This document shows positions 38,088 to 49,280 of a stretch of 64,000 nucleotides of DNA, piece after piece. The notes beneath the pieces were generated by a model that saw only the letters and a program-made list of their open reading frames with translations, was not told the DNA's origin and did not search any database. The translations under genes and the position numbers were made by a program. The stretch's first letter is position 1, and each line of letters begins with the position of its first letter. This DNA comes from Mytilus edulis (Eukaryota). The DNA is taken from the NCBI RefSeq assembly GCF_963676685.1, contig NC_092356.1:54002001-54066000 (forward strand), given 5' to 3'.

Positions 38088-38386
38088 TCTCATAAACATG
38101 TTTAACCCCGCCGCATTTTTGCGCCTGTCCCAAGTCAGGAGCCTCTGGCCTTTGTTAGTCTTGCATTATTTTAATTTTAGTTTCTTGTTTACAATTTGGA
38201 AATTAGTATGGCGTTCATTATCACTGATCTAGTATATATTTGTTTAGGGGCCAGGTGAAGGACGCCTCCAGGTGCGGGAATTTCTCGCTACATTGAAGAC
38301 CTGTTGGTGACCTTCTGCTGTTGTTTTTTCTGTGGTCGGGTTGTTGTCTCTTTGACACATTCCCCATTTCCATTTTCAATTTTATT
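38088..38386 (+). mobile_element. SINE-like repeat with family A head and a different tail
   Basis: Head TTTAACCCCGCC..GCCTGTCCCAAGTCAGGAGCCT; tail pieces recur at 13925-13975 and 59762-59810 in reverse complement. Confidence 0.75.
38103..38144 (+). ncRNA. 3' half of twister-like core (cleavage site to P4)
   Basis: UAA CCCC GC CGCA-UUUU-UGCG CCUG UCCCAAGU CAGG A compared with canonical UAA CACU GC C..G CCGG UCCCAAGC CCGG A; the GAGGG strand is absent in this copy. Confidence 0.5.
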
Positions 38387-38459
38387 GTAGTTTAAAATGA
38401 ACAAACTCGAAATCGGTGTTAAACACAACTACTGAAGTACAGAATTTTGACAACACCAT

Positions 38460-38700
38460 GTTTGTATGCAACCTGATTCGTATGCATTACATTGAAGGTT
38501 CTGCAAACACCCAGGTTCGTATGCATGCAGGCATACTGACCTGCGAAATACAACATTTGATTCAATATTGGCTGTTCTGCATACACCAGGTTCGTATGCA
38601 GGCATACATACCAGAGAAATGCAATGTATTAGAAAAATTTCAGGGTTTGAATACATCAGGTTCGTATGCAGACACACAGACCTGAGAAATGTAAGAAATG
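38460..38700 (+). repeat. Short dispersed repeat CAGGTTCGTATGCA
   Basis: Copies at ~38512, 38587 and 38657, plus a variant at ~38472. Confidence 0.7.
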
Positions 38701-39434
38701 CAAGTTAATTGATTAAAATTTAGTTCAGCATATATACCAGCTGTTTAATATGACAGATTCATGATTTTCAAGAGTTCAATAAAAAGAAAAACATTTTTTC
38801 CCTTTATTTTCCTCGTATTTTCATATCGGCGTTGGTCTTATAAAACTATGGCAAATGACCGTGAATGAGAATTTTTAATTTTAGATGAGAACGTATTTAC
38901 TCCATACATAAATTAAGTATATGCACTGCGACACCGAGTAGAGTATGAACATTTAAACAATTCATAAGTTCTCAACTTATTTCTTTGACCATAATAATCA
39001 AGCCTTGTAATTATCAAAAATGTTTTCTGTCAACTGATAAATTGTATTGTTATCCAGTATATACTCATCTACATTGCAACACGACCTTAATATAAAGTTA
39101 CTCGACACGATAGTTTTGTACTGGCGAGTTTTTTTAACGACCTTGACTACCCATGAAGGTCTTGTATCATAATGATGAGACAGAATACAGTTTTTAATTC
39201 TGAAATACATGTTTATTTCGTGAAATGACATTTATATGACTTTTATTATTATTTATATATATATAGTTCGTATCTGAAGTGCCATCTGAATTGCTTAGTT
39301 CTTTGATACAATATTTATTTTGCTATTCATATATAAATTTCACGTCTACATCTTTCATTTCTTTGTTGTAAATGGCTTCCATTTGTTCGTTCTGTGCTAC
39401 AATAAACCAATTCTTCCAATCACCAATTATACCT

Positions 39435-42400
39435 ACATAAGATAAGAATAAAATAAGAAAACTTTATTTTGATTCGGCATAGGTACAAATAAGCAACACA
39501 AGCTCTAAGGAGCTTTTGACCAAATATAAAAACATATAAATAACATAAAAACAGTGCATTTTGACATATAAAAACAACCTGTAATATGAAGATGGAATCT
39601 CACATACATAGCATGCAATAAAAATATGCAACAAATTCGAATGAAGTAAAAACATGCTTGACCAGAGCAACCAAAAGCACAAACATAATAAACAGCTCAA
39701 GAATTATCTGCAAGCAGAACAGCGACATTCCAAACCGTTCCAGGACTGAACAAGACTTTTAAAATGTGAAAAACTGTTTTCAGTCCTGAAATGGTTTGGA
39801 AGGCTGTTCCATAAAGTAGCAGCAGCAAATTTGAACGATTTTTTACCGTAACGGGTTGACTTTACCTGTGGAATTTCAAGAATATTTACATACCTGAAAG
39901 AATATTTAGATTTTTTGACATTCCCCAAATTTTGTAAGCACACAGGAGCTATTTTGTTTATAATTTTAAAAGTTTCTAGAGCCATTGTTCTTATCCGTCT
40001 GATCTGCAAGGAGGGCACCTTAGCTTTAAGTAAAAGGTCCTCGTAGGAGCTGATAAAGTCCTCATACACAAAACGGAGTGCTCTTTCCTGCACCTTTTCT
40101 AGTTTTTTTTAATATTTCTCAGTGCAAAAATGCCATGCCAAAGGGCAAAAATTACTAAGAATATAGTAAGTTTACTAAGTCTATCTAAAACTGAGCCTAA
40201 ACGTTTTAAAACATTTAATTGATGTGATGCCTTCCTACAGATTGAGCTGATATGAACATCAAAATTTAGCTGGTAGTCTATTTCAATGCCTAATAATTTT
40301 ACTGTTTTTTCACAAGTGAGGTTCGAATTTTGAATATGTATAGATGGGTTCTTTTCAAAGGTCTTTTTGCCAACAGCCAAAACTTGAAATTTGTCAGGAT
40401 TTGCTTGCATTTTATTCACCCTGAACCACTCAATAAGTATTTTTGAATCAGATTCCAGGGTTGAAATTAATAAATCGAAATCTGGAGTACAAAAAGACAA
40501 AGTATTGTCATTTGCATAGTTATATAAACTACTATTTTTAACAAAATGAAAAATATCATTTATAAATATGTTAAACAACAGTGACCCTAGTATCGAACCC
40601 TGTGGTACGCCTTTATGGATGTCAGCCCAACCACTCAGAACATTGTTGACTTTAATTTGCTGTTTACGATTTGATAAATAGGACTTTAAAAGAGCAACTG
40701 CATTGGGGGTTAAACCATATGCTGATAATTTATCTAGCATAATATTGTGAGGCAGGCAGTCAAAAGCCTTAGAAAGATCCATTAGTACTGCTGCAATGTA
40801 CTGGTTTTTATCAAGAGCTTCACGCCAGTCTTCTAACACTCTGAGAAGTGTGGTCTGACAGCCATGTCCACGTCTAAATACACACAAAAATGGATTAAAT
40901 ATTTTATCAAAATAATCAGTTAATTGAATTTCATATATTTTTTCAAAGATTTTAGAAAATATGGGTAAGACACTAACTGGTCTATAATTTGTTTTTAATA
41001 ATGGGTCACTCTTTTTATGAAGGGGGGTTACTTGGGCTTCTTTAAGTTTATCTGGGAAACAATTATTATCAATTGACAAATTTACAAGAGTTGTCAGCTG
41101 TGGTGCAATATATGATTTACAATTTTTGACTATTTTTGCTGGAATACCATCAGCTCCTGTAGCTTTCTTTATGTTTATTCTATTCAAAAAAATTTCGACA
41201 TTTTCATTTGATACTTTTTTAAATTCAAAATCAAAATTATACTTTCTGTTATCCAAAATTTCTTTTATACTCGGGTGATTTGAGGGGTCATATACAACAT
41301 CTGCTCCAATTTTGTCTGCTACTGTGGAGAAAAAATTATTAAAAACATTTGAAACTTCATTTGAACAATTAACAATTTTGTCATTTTCACATAATAAAAT
41401 TTTTTGCTCTCCACTGTTCCCCTTTTTTGAGAAAAATGGTTTGACTGTTTTCCAAAAATCGCAAGATTTTGAGCCACCAGAGCAACGTTCTAAAAAGTAT
41501 ACTTTTATTGATTTTCTCTTTATCTTTGTTACCAAATTTCGTTGTTTTCTAAATTTCTCCCAATTTTTGTCACTCCGGTTTTTAGTATATTGTGAATAAA
41601 GCATTTGTTTTCTATATATGGCCCCTCTCAGTTCTTTATTCATACATGGAAGTTGTTTATTTCTTTGACCCCTAGATTTTACAGGTGCATGTTTATTTAA
41701 TATGTTTTTAAAATTTTCTTCATAATCATCATATATACTATTTAAATCTTTCTCAGTACAATTTTCTGAAATCTTTATTTTCTTTAAATCATTTGTAAAT
41801 TCATCATATCAAAAGTTTTGTAACTTCTATATGTTACATCCCTGCGTTTTTGTGCAGGTAAATTTCCTTTCACAACTGTTGAAATAATATTGTGAGTCAC
41901 TAACACCATTTGGACTATTTATTGTTTTAAAACACAATTTTTTTTTATTTGTAATAATGACATCTACAAGGGATGGATTACAACCCTTTTTAAAACATGT
42001 TGGGCCTTTAACCAGTTGGGACAAGTTGAAAATATCACACATATCATGTAGAGTCTGAGATTTTTCAGCAGACAACATGTCAAAATTTAGGTCACCAAAA
42101 ATAATAATATTGTCATATGACACAAAACATTTATCTAGTGATTTTGTAAAATTTTCAATAAAATCATCATTTTTCATGGATGGAGGCTTGTATGCTCCCA
42201 TAATAAGCCATTTGGCATCATTTATATAAATTTCATAGCAAATATTTTCAAGTATATCAGATTCGAAACATTGTTTTCTACTTGATGGAAAGTCTGATTT
42301 AATCAGGGTAAGTAAGCCACCGCCGTACTGATTTCTGTCACGCCATTGTAATTTATAACTTTCAACTTGAAATAGGTTGTCTTGAAAGGTACTGTCCAAT

Positions 42401-43150
42401 TTTGATTCGGCAATCATCAGTAAGTCAACTATATTATCTGTGAGTAGTTCTTTTACCTCATCAAATTTGTATCTGAGACTGTTTATATTAATATATGCCG
42501 CAATAAAGTTCTTTGGATGCAGACGTCTGGTCTCTCTCAAGTCTTGAAATAAAAGTTTGTTTACACCGGAAGTAGAGTTAGACGATAGACTGTCATTTGG
42601 TGCGTTTGATTCCTCGTTAAAATCAATAAAATAAGAATCGCTAAAATCGGGTAGATAACATATTTTACAGAACCAGCTGTCAGTTGTACTTCCAAGTAGT
42701 TCATATTCGTTTAGGGATAGGTCTATACATTTTAGATGGAACCACACGTTACAATCATCGCACTGGATTGCCCGTTGGTTCTTTCTGACTCCCTTCTCGC
42801 ATGTCCCACATGGAAATTTTACTGGCCCCGGATTTAAAGAAATATCTCCTGATAGTAAGAGTAATCTTATACAAATAGACGTTGTATATTTACAGTTCGT
42901 AGTCAGTTCTTTATTTTTGTAACACGTATGACGGGCCTGTTTGATTTGTACTCTGGGGTGCAGTAGATCTATTAAAAGTTCTCTATGAAGGTATGTTTGA
43001 ATCGACCTTGCTGCATAAAAACCCAGATCTTCTATATTATATTTAATGTTGGTGTTTACTGGCTCAGTTGGTGATGCCAGTAGACGGTTGAAAATGGTAA
43101 ATATTGTGAGAGCTGTTAAAACACCGCCTTCACCTGCCGCCATCTTTTAT
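39435..43150 (-). mobile_element. Non-LTR retrotransposon, CR1/L2 group, near full length
   Basis: PHD-APE-RT-CxCxxC coding region; 3' UTR ending AATAAA plus (TCTTAT)-like tail at ~39437-39468. Confidence 0.93.
39704..43143 (-). pseudogene. LINE polyprotein: leader, 2A-like peptide, PHD, APE, RT; about three frameshifts
   Basis: LLLLSGDISLNPGP; C4HC3 PHD; YININSLR, AESKLD, GDLNFD; NYRPVSVLP, MDLSKAFD, GVPQGSILG, YAND (YADD mutated); LWNSLP..CRCSAC. Frame breaks near 41893, 41805 and 40160. Confidence 0.93.
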
Positions 43151-44247
43151 AATTTGTACTACATGTAGTATATCAAACATAATCATACACACGTTGTGTA
43201 ACAAATTTAAATAAACAAATGGTAACTTACTATGTAACCGAACTACAACTAGACAAATCCAATTGCACGTGGTTGCTATCTATTTATATTGTTATCTATG
43301 TTTATATCGGGTTATATGACCGTCTGCAGTCTTCGGAGGTCATCCGATGGTTAATTAGATGATGTACAGACAGACATACACACGACATGTTGATACATAT
43401 TATCGAGTCCATGCATTGTTGATTATCTATTTTTTACTTTATGTAATTTGGATATACGTTTTAGTATGTTGTATATCAAATACATGTATGAGAATTTGAG
43501 TAAATCGGTGATCATGAATTTGACATATAATAGCCCTTTAAAAATTTTATTAACGTAATATGAAAATTTTAACACTGTCGTTTCCCTAGCTTTTGTCCAG
43601 TCGTGCATTTAAAACAAAATATTTACCATTAGCATTAAATAATTATCAAATGATCGTGAGGCGAGCTTTTATATATTTCTCCTGGCATCATATATAATCA
43701 TTTGATACTGAAACAAAAATAACTGGCAAAGCTGGAGCAAACCTTCCACACCTTTCAGCGCTTTAGCAACACGAATTAATATAAACCGATATTAATATCC
43801 TATATTTTGGAAAGGTATCTCGCTCGTTGTGGTATCATTTAATTATTTTTTAAAGCAACCCTACAATCACGCTTATATTGTATTAAAATACATTATAATT
43901 GAGCATCAGTGGTTGTTCTACATGTGTTTAAATCATTCGTACAAAATCACATACTGTAGATTAATTTTTTCGTGATATCAGTTTTCGTGGATTGAGAAAA
44001 AACTTTCATTTTTTATGACATTTGATATCTTAGTTTTGATTAAGTCTGCATTCGAAACTATAGACAATTTATAATTGATATGATTATTTTGAAATCACAG
44101 AAAATAATTTCTCGAAAATGAAAGAAGATAGGGTGGGATATAATGAAAAAGCAACCTAATGCCAAAACGCAAAAGTAGAGATATTCAAATAAAATAGATA
44201 AAACACATTTTTTAAGAGATTCATAGTCAACACATGCCCTTCAACAC

Positions 44248-45105
44248 TAGATAATTATTAGGTGCCAATACAATATGTTAAGCTCTATAGTTTAGATAAT
44301 GATTACTAGGTGCCAATACAATATGTTAAGCTCTATAGTTTAGATAATGATTAGGTGCCAATACAATATGTTAAGCTCTATAGTTAAGATAATGATTAGG
44401 TGCCAATACAATATGTTAAGCTCTATAGTTTAGATAATGATTAGGTGCCAATACAATATGTTAAGCTCTATAGTTTAGATAATTATTAGGTGCCAATACA
44501 ATATGTTAAGCTCTATAGTTTAGATAATGATTAGGTGCCAATACAATATGTTAAGCTCTATAGTTTAGATAATAATTAGGTGCCAATACAATATGTTAAG
44601 CTCTATAGTTTAGATAATGATTAGGTGCCAATACAATATGTTAAGCTCTATAGTTTAGATAATTATTAGGTGCCAATACAATATGTTAAGCTCTATAGTT
44701 TAGATAATGATTAGGTGCCAATACAATATGTTAAGCTCTATAGTTTAGATAATAATTAGGTGCCAATACAATATGTTAAGCTCTATAGTTTAGATAATGA
44801 TTAGGTGCCAATACAATATGTTAAGCTCTATAGTTTAGATAATGATTAGGTGCCAATACAATATGTTAAGCTCTATAGTTTAGATAATTATTAGGTGCCA
44901 ATACAATATGTTAAGCTCTATAGTTTAGATAATTATTAGGTGCCAATACAATATGTTAAGCTCTATAGTTTAGATAATTATTAGGTGCCAATACAATATG
45001 TTAAGCTCTATAGTTTAGATAATGATTAGGTGCCAATACAATATGTTAAGCTCTATAGTTTAGATTATGATTAGGTGCCAATACAATATGTTAAGCTCTA
45101 TAGTT
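44248..45105 (+). repeat. Homogeneous 45-bp minisatellite, 19 copies
   Basis: Unit TAGATAAT(G/T/A)ATTAGGTGCCAATACAATATGTTAAGCTCTATAGTT. Confidence 0.97.
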
Positions 45106-45140
45106 TGATTTTGCTATTTCAAGGTTCAAACACATATCAA

Positions 45141-45535
45141 TACACCACTTTCGAGTTCATCCGTCACCGGAAAAAAACTCTTCAATTATGCGCGCCTTTG
45201 TGACGTCATTTACCAGATAGAGGGGATCGCCTGTATCCCTGCACTATTTACGTTCATCAAGCGTTCATCAAGCGTCTTAGTGATTGTCATTGTGTAGGAT
45301 AAACTAGAAATAATGGTTGTTCTGTAGGTACTTAATGACAATTCCCGAATGACAGCAGTGCTGATTGTCAATTTTTGAGAATTCAATTTGCCGTATAATT
45401 CGTACAATATAGAATAATAGTTTTCCAACCACTCGCTCAACATTGAATGGAAGTGACGACGCCCCTAAACACACAAATGACGTTCACTAAAACAAGAGTT
45501 TTTGACGGAAATGCATCGAACTCGAAAGATGTCTA
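45141..45535. mobile_element. ~395-bp TIR element (MITE)
   Basis: TACACCACTTTCGAGTTC ... GAACTCGAAAGATGTCTA, flanked by CAA / TTG. Confidence 0.7.
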
Positions 45536-46141
45536 TTGCTCAGATCTATTTCTATGTATTTTATAAATTAATATGAGGAAGGCGCTACCTTAAATGCCAG
45601 CTTAATACTAAGACAATATCCTATATATTGATTGGTTATTGGTTGTTTAACGTCCAGTGGGAAATATTTCATGCATGTTCAGAACGAATTTAATTGTCAA
45701 ATTATACAAACCTTTCCTGAACAGCGCTGATTTCTTATCTGTATCAATAATAGAACATGCATCTAAATTATGGTCCTTCAGGTTTTTGAAACTACATTTC
45801 ATTACGATGTCATTTATAAATCGTCAGTGTATGGGACTTCTAAAAATTGGCTAGGTCAGTAATATGTTTCTTTGGATCCTGGAAAAAATATTGATATACA
45901 CAAAAAAAAAATGGTAATTGTGCTGTTGTTACATCTTTTCATCGATTGTGACATATGTTTAAATAAACAATTAATAGATTAATAAAATGGAAGAGGAAAT
46001 ATGAAATCTTTCTTGCCGAAACATTTGATTGGTTTAAAGCAATCTTTTTGTGTTTGTGTTAATATTCAGTGAAGTCTTAACGCCTGCCCGACAATAAAAA
46101 AATCAGTCAAATTGCATGGCACTCATTTGCTATCTTGTGTA

Positions 46142-47562
46142 CCCTTACAGAACTGAAATGTTTGCAGCAGATCTGCTGCAAAGTTGCTGCAGGTCTGCTG
46201 CAAACAAAACGCTTGCAGGAACCCTTTGAATAATGTTTGCAGATGTTTGCAGCTACATGTAGCTGCAAACCTCCTGCAAACATTGCAGCTTTTTGCTGCA
46301 AGCTTGCCGCAAGTATGTTTGCAGTAAGATTGCAGGAAAAACTAAAATATAAGGGATGTTCGCAGCTAGATTGCAAGAATCTTTGACAATTTTATATGTT
46401 TGCAAGAGCATTGCAAGAAACTTCATAAAACGACTGAGCATGCCTATTGGTAACTTCCTGGAAGATAAAGATTTGAAATTTGAAAATGTTGATGTAGTTT
46501 GTGTCATGATATATATTAGTGTTCAGGGAGGTATTATAGTTTGGCAATTTAACAGATTAGTTTTCAAAGACATTATTTGTAAGTACAAATACATCGTAGG
46601 ATAAATTTAAACTTATGAAATTCGTTCCCTCCACAGATATCTGCATGAAGGTTAACCATTCCGTTTTCAAATATGTTACAATGCCATATGCAGTACTCCC
46701 TCGTATGGTTAGAGATTATAACCTACAAAATATGTAAGTCTAGTTAAACGTTGTGAAATTTTCAATCTAACTAGCAGTATATATATTACACAATCTTTTA
46801 GACTCATATAATTTTTCCTGTTTGTGTAGTATTGTCAATTTTGATGATCCAATACCTATTAAGTTTACTGGTTGGTAGATTCTTATAGACTCTATATATA
46901 TATATATGCATCTAAATTATCTTTGAAAATAAATTTCAAATAAACCTTTAGATTCATGCATGCATGTATATATAATTTATTTGAGAACATACTTGGAATT
47001 GATTAAACTTATTAAATATGTTAAAGGTATAAACTTATGCTATGATAATTTTTCAAATGATAAAGTATAAATTGAATTATTTTATAAATGGATGTAACAT
47101 AACTTTTTTAGATTTGCTGTGTAATATAATGTAGATAAAATGATGTGTACACAACATGACATTGCATGGTTAATTGTATAACAGATTGATTTGAATAAAA
47201 ATGTTTGCCGCAGTTTCGAGCAAGCACGCAGGAGAAAGATTAATTTGCATAAATATGTTTGCAGCAGGTCTGCGGCAAACTCTTATTTGCATATAAATGT
47301 TTACAGCAGGTCTGCAGCAAACACGCAGGAGAAAGATTAATTTGCATAAATATGTTTGCAGCAGGTCTGCGGCAAACACTCATTTGTATATAGATGTTTG
47401 CAGCAGGTCTGCAGCAAACACTCATTTGCATGGTAAATTGTTTGCAGCAGACCTGCAGCAAACACGCCGCAAACGCGGACTCTGTGTTCGCTGCAAGTCT
47501 GCAGCAAGTTCGCAGCAGACTTGCAGCAAATGTTTCCAGGAGACTGCTTTTTTCAGTAAGGG
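46142..47562. mobile_element. EnSpm/CMC-like non-autonomous transposon
   Basis: TIR CCCTTACAGAA / TTCAGTAAGGG, TA on both sides, dense subterminal TTTGCAGCA/CTGCAAAC repeats at both ends. Confidence 0.8.
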
Positions 47563-47739
47563 TAACCTATTACCTGAGGAGAGCAGTAACTATCTGACCT
47601 ATACATTGGTGATCGAATCATTTATTGATACAGTATAACTTGCTGACAGAAGTAATTGATTGATCTGTATCCTGTTGATAAAATTCACTGTTTGGTCTAT
47701 ATTCTTTTCACATAATTCATTGATTGGCATCAACTTGGT

Positions 47740-49280
47740 AACAGTAGTCCCTGTTTTGACCAATACAATATCGACAAAAGAATTTAACTATCCATTGCTA
47801 TGATAACAAAAGTTATTGATTGAACTTCACCCTCATAGACATAGACATTACAATCATGATGACAGATTATTTATTGATTGACCTTAAACCCTGGTAACAG
47901 AAGTCATTGACTTATTAATATCCTGGTTACAGGTCAATGTCTAACTTTAACCCTAAAGACGAAATTCGCCTAAATACAGATGACTAAAATCATTGATTTG
48001 CCTATAGCCTGGAATCAGAAGTCATCGATTGACCTTAACTCTGATAACGGGAATTCGCCTAAATACATGTGACAGACGGGAGTGATTTACCTTTACCCTG
48101 ATAGAAAAGGCCGTGAATGACCAATATCCTAGTGACAAAAGGCAGTGATTGACCAATACCCTGGTGACAAAAGGCAATGATTGACCAATACCCTGGTGAC
48201 AAAAGGCAGTGATTGACAAATACCCTGGTGACAAAAGGCAATGATTAACCAATACCCTGGTGACAAGAGGCAGTGATTGGCAAATATCATCTGGTGACAA
48301 GAGGCAGTGATTAGCAAATATCCTCTGGTGACCATAGGCAGAGATTGTACAATGCCCTGGTGACAAAAGGTAGTAATTGGCCGATACCCTGGTGGTAAAG
48401 GGCACTGATTGACCAATACCCTGGAGGCAAAAGGCAATTATTGACAAATCGTTTGGGACCAATTGTGGTAATGATCTATACTCTTGTGATAGAAGGCAGA
48501 TTGACATTAACCCTGATGATAAAAACGCCAATTTCGCTTTTACCTGGTGACGAGAGACAGTAAATGAACTATGACCAGATGACAGAAGGTAGTAAATGAC
48601 CCGTACATTGGTGACAGAAGCAAGTGCTTGACATATTTTCTGATGACAAAAGACAGTGGTTGACGAAAACATGGTGACCGACAGTGGCGAATGATCTATA
48701 CCCGTGTGATGGAAGGCAGTGATTGACCCATACCTTGATGACAGAAGGCAGTGGTTTACCTTTACTCTGATGACAGAAGACGCTGATGGAACTATTACCT
48801 GGTGACAGAATGCGTGATTGACCTATACCCTGATGACTAAAGGTGATGAATGACCCACACCTTTGTGACAGAAGGCAGTGATTGACGTAACAACGGTAAC
48901 CGACAGTGGCAAATGACCCATACCTTGATGCCAGAAGGCAGTGATTGACCTATACCTAGGTGAAAGAAGGAAATTCTGCAGTGATTGACAATAAAAAGTA
49001 AAAACACAAAAATACTGAACTCCGAGGAAAATTCAAAAAGGAAAATCAAAAATCAAAAGGCAAAATAAAAAGTCCAAACACATCAAACGAATGGATAACA
49101 ACTGTCATATTCCTGACTTGGTACAGGCATTTTCTAATGTGACCGTATTTGGTGAAGGATCTATACCCGTGGGACAGAAGGTAGTGAATGACCCATAATA
49201 CCCTTATGACAGAAGGCAGTGAATGACCCAAACATTGCCACCAGAAGCTTAAGACAATAATTAACATTTACCCTGAAAAC
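47740..49280 (+). repeat. Degenerate ~32-bp minisatellite interrupted by a family B fragment (48990-49140)
   Basis: Core unit GTGATTGACCAATACCCTGGTGACAAAAGGCA, best preserved at 48145-48270. Confidence 0.88.

Noticed and set aside
39425-43170. TSD for the LINE (CTACAT near both ends)
   Set aside because: Too short and AT-rich, not flush with a defined 5' end; CR1/L2 elements often lack TSDs.
44248-45105. CRISPR-like regular repeats
   Set aside because: Units are contiguous with no unique spacers, there are no cas genes, and the context is eukaryotic.
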